A stretch of 64,000 nt of DNA from an uncultured Candidatus Entotheonella sp. (GCA_965215335.1 CBDCDA010000002.1:96001-160000); one strand, 5' to 3'; numbered from the stretch's first letter, positions 18,577 through 31,385 are shown. The notes: generated by a model from the sequence alone, not told the origin. Program-made: numbers and translations.

Positions 18577-19149
18577 TCAGGCATTGTCCCGCTGCCAGCC
18601 AGCCAGCATCTCGGTGATGATCTCCTCGGGTTCTGCAAGCCTTCCGATTCCTTGCCTTTCCTCTGTACTTGCCAATTGACCGTATCGTGGTGCGATGATG
18701 CGGATGCCCCGTTCGCGCAGGGTGTCGAGATGCGCCTGCACAACGGCATTGCCGTACATGAGGGGGTTCATCGCCGGTGCCAGGAAGGTGGGAACCCGCT
18801 GCGCCAGGGCCACAAACAGCGTGCTGAACAGATCATCCGCGAGGCCGGTGGCGAGCTTGGCGATGGCGTTGGCCGTTGCCGGCGCCACCAAGGCCAAATC
18901 CGTACCCTGCGCCAGGGCCAGGTGCTCCATCTGCCAGCCGTGGGCCGTCGCAAACTGGTCCAGGCTGACCGGATGGCCGGAGAGCATGGCAAAGCCGGCC
19001 GGCGCCAGGAACTCACTGGCATGGTCGGTCATGACGACGTAGACGTCGGCCCCCTGCTGCTTCAACAGGCGCAACACCCCCAGCGCCTTGAAGGCGGCAA
19101 TGCCGCCGGTGACCGCGAGAACCGTCTTCTTGCCTTCGAGCGGGTTCAT
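18577..19149 (-). CDS. coaC: Stand-alone phosphopantothenoylcysteine decarboxylase-like flavoprotein (HFCD family)
   Basis: VTGGIAAFK, EHLALA, APATANAIAKLATGLADD, APAMNPLMY motifs; no CoaB domain. Confidence 0.75.
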   Translation of the reverse strand: MNPLEGKKTVLAVTGGIAAFKALGVLRLLKQQGADVYVVMTDHASEFLAPAGFAMLSGHPVSLDQFATAHGWQMEHLALAQGTDLALVAPATANAIAKLATGLADDLFSTLFVALAQRVPTFLAPAMNPLMYGNAVVQAHLDTLRERGIRIIAPRYGQLASTEERQGIGRLAEPEEIITEMLAGWQRDNA

Positions 19150-19374
19150 GACACGTCCTGCATTCTCGGCGCGCGGGATTGGACGCCCGCAGCCGGCTTG
19201 CCCGGCGAAGCGGGTATTTCACGCCCAACCCTAGCACGAGCCGGGCGGGGTCGAACCGCAAAAGAGGCACGTGCATACCATCAATCCCCGGGACTACACA
19301 CCTCGCCGTCCCATGGCGTCACGCCCTTGGCGCGAGCGCGCCGGCAGCGGGGCGCCTGTCTGAAGCACCGTACG

Positions 19375-19986
19375 CTAACGCCCCAGCGCGAAGAACGCGT
19401 CATTGGGACGCATGTTCGTCAGGTGGGCCAGTCGGTTGGACATGGCGAAGAGCGCCGTGATGGCGCCGATGTCCCAGATGGCCTCGTCGGAAAATCCCGC
19501 CTCGCGCAAGGTCTCCACGTCTGCTTCGTCAATCTGCTCGGGCTGCCGCGCCATTTTGACGGCGAAATCCAGCATGGCCCGCTGCCGAGCCGTGATGTCC
19601 GCCTGGCGATAGTTCACGGTGAGCTGATCGGCAAGGATGGGATTCTTCGCACAAATGCGCAGCACGGCGCCGTGCGCCACCACGCAGTACGGACAGGCGT
19701 TGGCGGCGCTGGTGGCCACCACGATCATTTCGCGCTCGGCCTTCGACAGGCCGCGGTCGCTCAGCATGAGGGCGTCGTAGTAGGCGAAAAAGGCGCGGCA
19801 TTCGTCGGGCCGGTGCGCCAGGACGAGGAAAACGTTGGGGATGAAGCCGGTTTTGGCCTGCACCTCGACAACACGCGCTTGCAAGTCGGCGGGCAGGTCT
19901 TCAAGGGCCGGCACCGGGTAGCGACTGATCGGCTTATCGACTGCGGCGGGTTGGCGGCGGTGTTTCGGGGTCGTACGGCCGGGCAT
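19375..19986 (-). CDS. AhpD-like peroxidase-related enzyme
   Basis: KTGFIPNVF, EREMIVVATSAANACPYCVVAHG motifs. Confidence 0.9.
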   Translation of the reverse strand: MPGRTTPKHRRQPAAVDKPISRYPVPALEDLPADLQARVVEVQAKTGFIPNVFLVLAHRPDECRAFFAYYDALMLSDRGLSKAEREMIVVATSAANACPYCVVAHGAVLRICAKNPILADQLTVNYRQADITARQRAMLDFAVKMARQPEQIDEADVETLREAGFSDEAIWDIGAITALFAMSNRLAHLTNMRPNDAFFALGR

Positions 19987-20011
19987 GATTCGTCCTTCGT
20001 GTGCGGGGTCG

Positions 20012-21915
<1,904 letters not shown>

Positions 21916-21919
<4 letters not shown>

Positions 21920-23352
21920 GGCGTTGGGACCAGTTCGTGCAGGGCGGCGGCGAGTTCGGGAATCTCGCGTTCCGCGACGGTGCGCAGGTCCAGCAGCAGT
22001 TGATCCCGCGCGATGCGCCCGATGATGGCGGGCCGGCGGCAGCGCAGGCGCCGTTCGAGGCTGCTGACCGAACAGAAATCCGGCTGCAGCGCCAGCAGCT
22101 TGGTTGGCAGCACGGCCAGCGGCAGGGCGCCGCCGCCCACGGCTGAAGTGCCGTCGATGACTTGGGGCTGGTAGGCGGCTTCGCTATCTGCCGGCAACAG
22201 ACGCCGCAGCCGCCGAATGCGTCGGGCGACGTCACGCGGCAGCAGGCCGAGCATCGCCAGGGTGGGAATCTGCCGCCGCGCCGTTTCCGGGTCGGCGTAC
22301 AGCTTCAGCGTGGCTTCCAGCGCCGCCGCCGTGAACTTGTCGACCCGTACGGCACGGTGCATCGGGTGGCGCCGCAACTGATCGACGTAGGTGGCCTTGC
22401 CCACCACGATGCCGGCCTGCGGTCCACCCAGCAGCTTGTCGCCGCTGAACGTCACCACATCGACGCCGCTGGCGACCACCTCGTTGACCGTCGGCTCGTC
22501 GTGCAGGCCGTATGGTTGCAGAGCCACCAGCGTGCCGCTGCCCAGATCCTCCATGACCGGCAAGCCGCGCTCCCGGCCCAGCGCGACCAGTTCGTGCCGC
22601 GGCACCTCGGCGGTAAAGCCGACGATGCGGTAATTGCTGGTGTGCACCCGCAACAGCAGCGCCGTGTCGGGCGAGATGCCCGCGGCATAATCCCGCAGGT
22701 GCGTCTTGTTGGTGCTGCCGACCTCGCGCAGGACGGCGCCACTGCTGCGCATGATGTCGGGGATGCGGAACGAGCCGCCGATTTCGATGAGCTGGCCGCG
22801 CGACACGATCACCTCCATGCCCTTGGCCAGCGCCTGCAAGGCCAGGTACACCGCTGCGGCGTTGTTGTTGACCACCAGGGCGGCCTCGGCGCCGGTGAGG
22901 GTGTGCAGGAGTGCCTCAAGGTGCCCATGGCGGGTGCCGCGTTCGCCGCGTTCGACGTCGTATTCGAGGTTGCTGTACGCGGCAGCCACCGTCTGCAGAT
23001 TGTCCACCGCCGCGCCGGCCAGCAGCGAGCGTCCGAGGTTGGTATGCACGATGACCCCGGTGGCGTTAATGAGACGCTGCAATTCGCGGCCTTGCACGGC
23101 GCGCAGGATGGCCTCCACTTGCGACAGCACGGCAGCAGCGCCGCTGGGCAGTGCGGCCAGGACAGCTTCCTCGGTAGTCTGCAAAATGCTGCGGCGGGTG
23201 GCTTCCAGTGCTTGGCGGATGGCGTCCGTCACGGCGTGCCGTGACAATCGGGTCTGCCAGATCTGCGCTTGCGGGGTGCGCAGGAGCTCATCGACGGCCG
23301 GCAACCGGCGCAGATAGGGAAGATGCACGTTGCCCATGGATTCGGAAGGCAT
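21916..23352 (-). CDS. selA: L-seryl-tRNA(Sec) selenium transferase
   Basis: [42 protein letters not shown]; 4-nt overlap with selB; start approximate. Confidence 0.97.
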
Positions 23353-23495
23353 GGTTGGATCCTGCCGAGTGCGTGTCGGTTGGGAAGCGAAGTCAGGCAT
23401 TGTAGCGTTTTACAGGGTGGAACTCCAGCCACCCGAGCGGTGCCAAAACGGTCTGAAAACCCGTTTGAAACCACGTTGCGGTGGGGACATTTGCG

Positions 23496-23524
23496 TTGAC
23501 GCATTCTTGAGTGATTCATACAAT
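23496..23524 (+). promoter_or_regulatory. Putative sigma70 promoter of the rluB operon
   Basis: TTGACG-N17-TACAAT. Confidence 0.55.
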
Positions 23525-23564
23525 TGCCAAATACCCGACCGCACCAAAAGAGGGACTTTTTCCC

Positions 23565-24323
23565 ATGTCCAGGGCGTCGCCAGCCTCTACTCGATTGCAG
23601 AAAGTCATCGCACAGGCCGGTCTGGCCTCGCGCCGCAAGGCCGAGGAGATGATCCGGCAGGGGCGTGTGCACGTCAACGGACGCCTGATGACTGCTCTCG
23701 GCACGACGGTCGACGCCAACCGCGACGATGTCGTGGTGGACGGCCGGCGGCTGCGCCCGCGGGCGCCGATGCGCTACATGATTCTGTACAAGCCGCCCGG
23801 TTGCGTGACTACCGCCGCCGACGAGAAGGGCCGCCCCACCGTGTTCGATCTGTTGAAGCGCCAGCCGGTGCGCCTGTTTCCGGTCGGCCGCTTGGACTTC
23901 AATACCGGAGGGCTGCTGCTGTTGACCAACGACGGGCCGCTGGCGAATCGCCTGCTGCACCCACGCTACGGCACGCCGCGCGTCTACCTGGTACGTGTCA
24001 ACGGCGCGGTAGCCGAGCGGGATCTCGAAGCCATGCGGCGCGGTGTCGACCTGCCTGACGGCAGAACCTTGCCCGCGCAGGTGCACGTGGTGCGGCAATC
24101 CGAGAAGACCTGCTGGCTGCGGATGACCCTGCGCGAGGGAAAGACCCGACAGATCCACCGTATGCTGGAACGCTGCGGCGGCCACGGTATTCGCAAGTTG
24201 CAACGTGTCGGTCTGGGGCCCCTGACCCTCGCCGGTCTCGCTCCGGGCCGGTTTCGCTTTCTCGAATCGTTTGAAGTGGACCGGCTGTACCAAGTCTGTG
24301 GCCTCGGCAAGGCCGCATCGTGA
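23565..24323 (+). CDS. rluB: rRNA pseudouridine synthase (RluB/RsuA family)
   Basis: S4 domain RLQKVIAQAGLASRRKAEE; PVGRLD catalytic motif. Confidence 0.85.
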   Translation: MSRASPASTRLQKVIAQAGLASRRKAEEMIRQGRVHVNGRLMTALGTTVDANRDDVVVDGRRLRPRAPMRYMILYKPPGCVTTAADEKGRPTVFDLLKRQPVRLFPVGRLDFNTGGLLLLTNDGPLANRLLHPRYGTPRVYLVRVNGAVAERDLEAMRRGVDLPDGRTLPAQVHVVRQSEKTCWLRMTLREGKTRQIHRMLERCGGHGIRKLQRVGLGPLTLAGLAPGRFRFLESFEVDRLYQVCGLGKAAS

Positions 24324-24345
24324 ACGCCGGGGCGGGAGAGCACGA

Positions 24346-25248
24346 ATGCGCAAGACGACGATCGGCCTGATCCTGGTACTGTTGTCGGCGGCGCCGAACG
24401 GCTTTGCCGCTTCCTCGTGGACCTACCAGGTTGAGGGCGTCGGGGCCATTGTTTCGGAGGACCAGGCCGCGGCACGGCGGCAGGCGGTGCGCGCTGCGTT
24501 GCGCGAGGCGCTGGAAGAGGCCGTCTTGAACGTGCTCGACACCGATGCGGTGGTGGCTAATATCCGGTTGTTGAGCGCGCGTCTGTATGCCGAGCCGTGG
24601 TCGTACATCTCCAGCTACCGCGTGCTGTGGGAATATCCCGACGCGCCCGGCAAGGTCTACCGCGTCGGCCTGATGGCAGAAATCGCCATGTCCAGGGTGC
24701 AGCAAGTGTTGGCGGCGCTGGGTTCGTCGGTCGCCGCCGCGGGTAATTTGGAACGGATGCCGGGCGGCGACGCCGGGCGGCTGGCCATCTTGATTACGGA
24801 GCGTTACCTCGGCCAGGCAACTTCGACGTGGTGGGCCGAGCGCGGCGTCGTCACCCGCACGCTGCGCTCGCAGTTGGCGGAACGCGGCGTGCGCATCGGC
24901 GAGCTGGACCCCGCTTTGCAGTGGGACGGCAGCGAGGATGCGGCCCTGAAAGCGGCGCGCGAGGCCGAGGTCGCCATGCTGCTGGTCGGGCATGCCGGGG
25001 TGCAGCAGATCTACAATGCGGTGTCCGGCTCCGCCGTGCACGCCATTCTGCAACTGCGCGTTCTGGATACGCCCACGGGCGGCGTACTGGCTCAGGAACG
25101 GGGCGAGGCGAACGTGGACGGCGCCCATTCCGGGCAGACCAGCGTCCTCGCCCTCGAGCAGGCGGTGCGCACGGTCGTGCCCCGGCTGATGGCGTTCCTG
25201 AGCGCTGCCCCACAACCCGCGTTGCCAGATTCGGCGACGACGCCCTAG
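24346..25248 (+). CDS. Exported protein with FlgT-N-like N-terminal domain
   Basis: Signal peptide; VEGVGAIVSEDQAAARRQAVRAALREALEEA. Confidence 0.55.
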   Translation: MRKTTIGLILVLLSAAPNGFAASSWTYQVEGVGAIVSEDQAAARRQAVRAALREALEEAVLNVLDTDAVVANIRLLSARLYAEPWSYISSYRVLWEYPDAPGKVYRVGLMAEIAMSRVQQVLAALGSSVAAAGNLERMPGGDAGRLAILITERYLGQATSTWWAERGVVTRTLRSQLAERGVRIGELDPALQWDGSEDAALKAAREAEVAMLLVGHAGVQQIYNAVSGSAVHAILQLRVLDTPTGGVLAQERGEANVDGAHSGQTSVLALEQAVRTVVPRLMAFLSAAPQPALPDSATTP

Positions 25249-25271
25249 TCCCCGGAGAACAGGCGGTGCCC

Positions 25272-26150
25272 ATGCAAAGCATGACCGGATACGGCCGCAG
25301 TGACGTACACGACGACCGGCTGGCCCTGACCATCGAAGCCAGATCGGTCAACCATCGCTATCTCGACATCGCCTGGCACTATCCTCGCATGTACGTCCCC
25401 CTTGAAACGCGGATGAAACAACTCGTCAACCAGCACTTTTCGCGCGGCCGTATCGACGTCCGCATCACCCCGACCGAGGACGGCCACGCCTCCCGCACCG
25501 TGACGCCGGATTACGCCCTGGCCCAGCAGTATTGCGAGGCGCTGCGGGAGTTGCAATACCGCCTGGGGGTACCGGGCACCGTCGACATGAGCCTGCTCAT
25601 GGGTCTGCGCGACGTGCTCAGGGTCAATGAGAGCGTGCCGGCGGACATGGAAGCCGACTGGCCGCTCATTGCCGAGGGACTGGCGGCGGCGCTCGGGGCG
25701 CTCAAGGCCATGCGGCTGCGGGAAGGCGTCTTTCTGCGTGAGGACTTGGACGCGCGCATGCAGGCGGTAGCGCAGCAGGTGTCGGTCATCCGCCAGCGCC
25801 TGCCGCAGGCGGTGACGGATTGCCAGCAACGCCTGGAACAGCGGGTCAAGGGATGGTTTGCCCGCGTCGATTTGGACGCCGCGCGCTTGGCGCAGGAAGC
25901 CGTCATGCTTGCCGAGCGCGGCGACATTACCGAGGAGTTGACGCGGCTGGAAGCGCACCTGCAGGCCGTGCAGGCGCTGCTGCCCTCCGGCGAGGCGGTG
26001 GGGCGCAAGGTCGACTTCCTGGTGCAGGAAATGCGCCGCGAGATCGAAACGATCGCCGCCAAGGCCAACGACCTGACGATTTCGCATTGTGTGGTGGAGA
26101 TCAAGAGCGAGCTGGAGCGCTGCCGCGAGCAGATTCAGAACATCGAATAG
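25272..26150 (+). CDS. yicC: YicC/YloC family endoribonuclease
   Basis: SMTGYGR, RSVNHRYLD, DITEELTRL, GRKVDFLVQEM, REQIQNIE. Confidence 0.93.
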   Translation: MQSMTGYGRSDVHDDRLALTIEARSVNHRYLDIAWHYPRMYVPLETRMKQLVNQHFSRGRIDVRITPTEDGHASRTVTPDYALAQQYCEALRELQYRLGVPGTVDMSLLMGLRDVLRVNESVPADMEADWPLIAEGLAAALGALKAMRLREGVFLREDLDARMQAVAQQVSVIRQRLPQAVTDCQQRLEQRVKGWFARVDLDAARLAQEAVMLAERGDITEELTRLEAHLQAVQALLPSGEAVGRKVDFLVQEMRREIETIAAKANDLTISHCVVEIKSELERCREQIQNIE

Positions 26151-26195
26151 CCGACGCGGGGCCCAGGCCAACTGCCGCACGTCATGGGACACCGG

Positions 26196-26825
26196 ATGAG
26201 CCGCAAGGGAATCCTGTTCGTGGTATCGGCGCCCTCCGGCGGCGGCAAGACGTCGCTGTGCGAGGCGCTGTGTGCCGACATGGACGACGTCGTGCGCTCC
26301 GTCTCCTGCACCACACGGGTGCCGCGGGTGCGGGAGCAGGACGGCCTTGACTACCACTTCGTCAGCGGGCAGCAGTTTGCCGAGCACGTGGCCGCCGGGG
26401 ACTTTCTGGAATGGGCCTGCGTGCACCGGCACCGCTACGGCACGCTGAGGCAGCCGGCCGACGAGGCCACGGCTACCGGCAAGGACGTTCTGCTGGTCAT
26501 CGACGTGCGGGGCGCCGCACAGTTGCGGGCCGCGGGTGTCGACGCGGTGCACGTTTTCGTGCTGCCCCCTTCGTGGCAGGTGCTGGAAGAGCGGCTTGCG
26601 GGGCGTGAGCCCGGCACCGAAGCAACGCGCTCAAGGCTTGCCAGCGAGAGGCTGGCGGTCGCCCGGCAGGAAAGCGCCCAATACGCGATGTACGATTACG
26701 TGCTGATCAACGACTGCTTCACCGAAACGCTTACGGCCCTAAAGGCCATTGTCCGCGCGGAGCGCCACCGTATCCGGCACGCCGACCCGGCGCCAATCTC
26801 ACAACTCCTGAACAGCGGTGCGTGA
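26196..26825 (+). CDS. gmk: Guanylate kinase
   Basis: SAPSGGGKT, SVSCTTR, DGLDYHFVS, FLEWA motifs. Confidence 0.93.
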   Translation: MSRKGILFVVSAPSGGGKTSLCEALCADMDDVVRSVSCTTRVPRVREQDGLDYHFVSGQQFAEHVAAGDFLEWACVHRHRYGTLRQPADEATATGKDVLLVIDVRGAAQLRAAGVDAVHVFVLPPSWQVLEERLAGREPGTEATRSRLASERLAVARQESAQYAMYDYVLINDCFTETLTALKAIVRAERHRIRHADPAPISQLLNSGA

Positions 26826-26842
26826 GGCGGGGGGGTTCCATC

Positions 26843-28066
26843 ATGTTGCAGGACAAAATCATCTTGCTCGGTGTTGGGGGCGGGCCGTTGACACCGGCGG
26901 CCGTCGAGGTGCTGCGTGCCCTGCAGCGCGCTGGCGCTGGCGTGCGGGTCGTGCTCAGCGCCGGGACCGAGACCTTTGTGCCGGCTCTGACCTTCCGCAG
27001 TCTCGCCGCCGGCGACGTGGTCATGCCTGGCGATTTGTATGGTCGCATGGGCGCGCAGGATTTCTGTTCCCTGCACGGCCTGGTGGAGAACGCCGACGGC
27101 CTGGTGGTGGTGCCCGCGACCCCGTTGCTGATCGCCAAGGTGGTAGCCGGCTGGGCCGACGAGGCCCTCGTGCGCACGATGCTGCTGCACGACGGGCCGA
27201 CGGTGTTCGCCTGCGCCGCGCGCGCCGCCGAGTACCAGCACCCCTTGGTGCGGCAAAACGTGCAGTGCCTGCGTGACGCCGGGGTGATCCTGTGCGACGC
27301 CGGGGTGCCGGAAACGGACGGCCCCGCGGACGAGTTGGGCTGGAACATGGCACCCGCAATCGTGGTCGAGGCCGTGGCCGCTTCGCTGCGGCAGACGGCC
27401 GGCCTGAGCGGCAGGACGGTGCTCATCACCGCCGGCCCCACGCAAGAGCCGATCGATCCGGTGCGCCACATCTCCAGCACCGCTTCCGGCAAGACCGGCT
27501 TCGCCCTTGCCGAAGCGGCGCGGCAACGCGGCGCCAAGGTGGTGCTCATCACCGGTCCCACGCACTTGCAGGCACCGGTCGGCGTTACCCGCGTCCCGGT
27601 ACGCACGGCGGTGCAGATGCGCGACGCGGTACGGGAGCATTTCGCAGTCGCCGACGTGGTCATCAAATCGGCGGCGGTGTCGGATTTCCGGCCCGCAACC
27701 GTCGTCGCCGACAAGATCAGGAAGGAAGACGCGACCCTGAGCATCGCGCTCCAACGCAATCCCGACATTCTGGCCGAGCTGGGCGCCACAAAAGGCAACC
27801 GCGTGCTGGTTGGCTTCGCCGCCGAGACGCACGACCTGCTGGCCAATGCGAAGCAGAAGTTGAGCAAAAAGGCGCTGGACCTGATCGTGGCCAATGACGT
27901 CAGTGACCCCGCCATCGGTTTTGCCAGCGACCATAACCGTGTGCACATGATCGATGCCGCCGGTCGCATCGAGCCCTTGCCGGTGATGAGCAAGCGGGCC
28001 CTGGCAGAGGCCATTCTCGACCGCGTCCAGGCGGTGCTGGCGCAGCGCCAGGGAGACAGGGCATGA
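26843..28066 (+). CDS. coaBC: CoaBC-like protein with degenerate decarboxylase domain
   Basis: CoaB half ITAGPTQEPIDPVR, SAAVSDFRP, LVGFAAET, IVANDV; N-terminal half lacks the PAMN and GxLACG motifs. Confidence 0.85.
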   Translation: MLQDKIILLGVGGGPLTPAAVEVLRALQRAGAGVRVVLSAGTETFVPALTFRSLAAGDVVMPGDLYGRMGAQDFCSLHGLVENADGLVVVPATPLLIAKVVAGWADEALVRTMLLHDGPTVFACAARAAEYQHPLVRQNVQCLRDAGVILCDAGVPETDGPADELGWNMAPAIVVEAVAASLRQTAGLSGRTVLITAGPTQEPIDPVRHISSTASGKTGFALAEAARQRGAKVVLITGPTHLQAPVGVTRVPVRTAVQMRDAVREHFAVADVVIKSAAVSDFRPATVVADKIRKEDATLSIALQRNPDILAELGATKGNRVLVGFAAETHDLLANAKQKLSKKALDLIVANDVSDPAIGFASDHNRVHMIDAAGRIEPLPVMSKRALAEAILDRVQAVLAQRQGDRA

Positions 28067-28788
28067 ATCCGGCTGGTGTCGCCGTGGCCGCGGTGCGGAA
28101 CTACGTGCGCTATTTGCAGCGCCTCGGCGTCACAGAGCTGCCGCTGGTGCTGCCGTCGCCGTGCGTCCCGACTGGCCCGGACGCCCCGGTCCCGGCACCG
28201 TCCTCAGCCGGCGCTGCCACACAGCTGGCGCAACTCGCGGCGTCTGTCAGGGATTGCCGGGCCTGCCGCCTGCACGAGGGCCGTCGGCAGGTGGTGTTCG
28301 GCACCGGCAACCCCGCGGCTGACCTGGTTTTCGTCGGCGAGGCGCCGGGGCGCGACGAGGACATCCAGGGCGAGCCGTTCGTCGGCCCGGCCGGTCAGCT
28401 TCTCACCCGTATCATTCAGGCCATCGGCCTGACCCGTGAGGACGTCTACATTCTCAACGTCATCAAGTGCCGTCCACCGCAGAACCGCAACCCGCTGCCC
28501 GACGAGGTGGCGGCGTGCCGCCCGATTATCGAGAAGCAGCTGGCCTGCCTGAAGCCGCGCGTCGTCTGCGCCCTCGGCACGTTTGCGGCGCAGGCGCTGC
28601 TGCGCACCGACGCGCGCATTTCACGCCTGCGCGGGCGGTTTCATCCACTGGGCGACATCCTGGTGCGGCCCACCTTTCACCCGGCGTACCTGCTGCGCAA
28701 TCCACAGGACAAGCGCAAGGTGTGGGAGGACATGCAGGACATCCAGCGCGAATTGGGCTTGCCGGGTCGAGGAGGGCAGGGAAGGTGA
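28063..28788 (+). CDS. Family 4 uracil-DNA glycosylase
   Basis: [35 protein letters not shown]. Confidence 0.93.
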   Translation: MNPAGVAVAAVRNYVRYLQRLGVTELPLVLPSPCVPTGPDAPVPAPSSAGAATQLAQLAASVRDCRACRLHEGRRQVVFGTGNPAADLVFVGEAPGRDEDIQGEPFVGPAGQLLTRIIQAIGLTREDVYILNVIKCRPPQNRNPLPDEVAACRPIIEKQLACLKPRVVCALGTFAAQALLRTDARISRLRGRFHPLGDILVRPTFHPAYLLRNPQDKRKVWEDMQDIQRELGLPGRGGQGR

Positions 28789-31385
28789 GAGAGGGGCCAC
28801 AGAATCGTCCGCCAAATTGTTTGCCGAGGCACGGCGAGCCTCTGAAACCAAACGTCAGAGCGCCGATACGCGGCGGCGGATCACGCCCGTCGAGACGGCC
28901 CAGACGGTCGGTGCAATCCCGGCGCCGTCGTCGCATCCTGCGCCGCGTGCTCATCGGCTTTGCCGTCCTGATGCTGTTGGGCATTGCCGGCGCGGGCGCG
29001 GCGGGTTACGTCGCGTATCGAGACCTGGCGACTGATCTGCCCGACGTCGCGGCGCTGGAGGATTATCAGCCCAGCTTGGTCACCGAGGTGTACGACCGCC
29101 ACGAGCAGTTGATCGCCGAGTTCTTCGTGGAAAAGCGCCGCCTGGTGCACCTCACCGAAATCCCCACGTACGTGCGGCACGCGACCATTGCCGCCGAAGA
29201 CAGCCGTTTCTACTCGCATGGCGGGGTGGATTATATCGGCATCGGGCGCGCCGTCTGGGTGAACCTGCGCGTCGGCACCACCCGCGAAGGCGCCAGCACG
29301 ATTACCCAGCAGGTGGCGCGTAATCTCTTCCTCACCCGCGAGCGCACGCTGCGGCGCAAAATTCGCGAGGCCATCCTGGCTCGCCGCATCGAGCAGCGCT
29401 ACGACAAGGACCGCATCCTGCAAATCTATCTGAACCAGATATTTTACGGCCACAACACCTATGGCATCGAAGCGGCGGCCCAGCTTTATTGCGGCAAATC
29501 CGTGGCCGATCTCGGTCTCGCCGACGGCGCGATGATCGCCGGCCTGCCGCCGGCCCCGAACACGTACTCACCGCTGAGAAACCCGGAACGCAGCCTGCGG
29601 CGGCGGGGACACGTCCTGCGGCGCATGGTGGACGAGGGTTACCTGGATCCTGGGGAAGCGGCGGTGGCGGAGCGGGAACCGCTGTGCTCTCCCGGCGCGC
29701 GTCCGCACATCACCCACCGCGTCAACAAGGCGCCGTATTTCGTTGAGCATGTGCGCCAGCATCTGGAAGACAAGTACGGCCCGACGGCGCTGTACCGCGG
29801 TGGCTTCACGGTGCACACGACGCTGGACCTGCGGCTGCAGCAGGCGGCGCAGCGGGCGATCCGGGACGGCCTGATGACGGTGGACAAGCGCATCCGTCGC
29901 GGTGCCTGGAAGCGGCCCGCTCGCAGCGTGGTGCTCACCTCGGACGCAACCCGCGATACTGCGCTGATTCAGAGGATCACCATGACGCACGGTGCCTCTC
30001 CGACGGTGTATGACGGGGACTTGTTGACCGGCGTGGTGCTGGAGGTGCAGGTGGACAGCGCTACCGTGGCCGTCCGCAAGTCGCACGGCGTGATCAAGCC
30101 GGAGGGCATCGAGTGGATCCGATCGGTGGTTGGCGAGCCGGGCAAGTTCGGCGGCGACTTGACGCAATTGCTGCGACGCGGCGACGTGGTGCGGATACGG
30201 GTCACGCGGGCCGACCCCGAGGGGTCGGCGCACGATCTGGCGCTGGAGCAGGACCCAGAGGTGCAGGGGGCGTTGCTGGCGCTGGATGCCAGCAGCAACC
30301 ACGTGTTGGCCATGATCGGCGGCTACGACTTTGACGGGAGCCAGTTCAACCGTGCGCTGCGGGCGGTTCGGCAGCCCGGTTCGGCGTTCAAGCCGGTCAT
30401 TTTCGCCGCCGCCATCGAAGCCGGCATGAATCCGACCTCACAGGTTGCGGATGATCCCATCGTGCGCGAGATTCCCGGGGGGGACACGTGGGAACCGGAA
30501 AACTATGACCAGGAATTCCTCGGGCCGGTCTCGCTGCGCCTGGCGCTCACCAAGTCGCGCAATCTGGCGACCATCGACACGCTGGAGAAAATCGGCGTGG
30601 ACGCCGCCTGCGCCTATGCCCGGCGGCTCGGCGTGCGCCGCGAGCTGCCGTGCGTACTGTCCCTGGCCCTGGGAGCCGCGGAGATGACGCTGCTCGACGT
30701 CACGACCCTCTATGGGGTGTTCGCCAACCAGGGGATTCATACCGAGCCGGTGTTCATGACCAGCATCATGGACCGCTATGGAACGATCAAGGAAGAGTAC
30801 ATGCTGACGGCGCAGCGCGTCATGAGCCCCGAGGTGGCCTACACCGTCACCAACATGCTGGAGAGCGTCGTGCAGTACGGTACCGGGCGGCGGGTACGCA
30901 CCCTGGAGCGCCCGGCGGCAGGCAAGACGGGTACCACGAACGACTTCCACGACGCCTGGTTTATCGGCTACACGCCCGAGATCGTCGCCGGCGTATGGGT
31001 GGGATTCGACAATCAGGTCTCGCTCGGCAAACGCGAGAGTGGCGGCCGGGTGGCGGCGCCGATCTGGCTGGCGTTCATGCAGAAAGCGTTGCAGGGACAG
31101 CCGGTGACGGATTTCCCAATTCCGCCGGGCATCCGCTTCGTCCGGCAGGACGTGCGGGAAGAAACGGACGCCATCACGCGCACACCGGAGGGCGACCCGT
31201 ATTTCGAAGTGTTCATCGACCCGGATTACGTCACCTCGACCGCCTCCCTGGTCAGCGGAGCGGTACCCTCCGTTTCCCTCTTGGCCGAGCCCTCGATCCC
31301 CACCGGCGATACCGATTCGCCGTCCCGTCGCATGCTCAATCAACTGGATCGCCGGCGTCGGGATACCGAAACGCCGGCGCGTTGA
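28785..31385 (+). CDS. mrcA: Class A penicillin-binding protein (PBP1A)
   Basis: EDSRFYSHGG, GASTITQQ, RKIRE transglycosylase motifs; GSAFK, SRN, KTGT transpeptidase motifs; GTGA overlap with the udg stop. Confidence 0.9.
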   Translation: MREGPQNRPPNCLPRHGEPLKPNVRAPIRGGGSRPSRRPRRSVQSRRRRRILRRVLIGFAVLMLLGIAGAGAAGYVAYRDLATDLPDVAALEDYQPSLVTEVYDRHEQLIAEFFVEKRRLVHLTEIPTYVRHATIAAEDSRFYSHGGVDYIGIGRAVWVNLRVGTTREGASTITQQVARNLFLTRERTLRRKIREAILARRIEQRYDKDRILQIYLNQIFYGHNTYGIEAAAQLYCGKSVADLGLADGAMIAGLPPAPNTYSPLRNPERSLRRRGHVLRRMVDEGYLDPGEAAVAEREPLCSPGARPHITHRVNKAPYFVEHVRQHLEDKYGPTALYRGGFTVHTTLDLRLQQAAQRAIRDGLMTVDKRIRRGAWKRPARSVVLTSDATRDTALIQRITMTHGASPTVYDGDLLTGVVLEVQVDSATVAVRKSHGVIKPEGIEWIRSVVGEPGKFGGDLTQLLRRGDVVRIRVTRADPEGSAHDLALEQDPEVQGALLALDASSNHVLAMIGGYDFDGSQFNRALRAVRQPGSAFKPVIFAAAIEAGMNPTSQVADDPIVREIPGGDTWEPENYDQEFLGPVSLRLALTKSRNLATIDTLEKIGVDAACAYARRLGVRRELPCVLSLALGAAEMTLLDVTTLYGVFANQGIHTEPVFMTSIMDRYGTIKEEYMLTAQRVMSPEVAYTVTNMLESVVQYGTGRRVRTLERPAAGKTGTTNDFHDAWFIGYTPEIVAGVWVGFDNQVSLGKRESGGRVAAPIWLAFMQKALQGQPVTDFPIPPGIRFVRQDVREETDAITRTPEGDPYFEVFIDPDYVTSTASLVSGAVPSVSLLAEPSIPTGDTDSPSRRMLNQLDRRRRDTETPAR

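Noticed and set aside
26150..26843. No remA/DUF370 or rpoZ around gmk
   Set aside because: Gene order here varies widely between lineages and there is no remnant or gap suggesting a recent event
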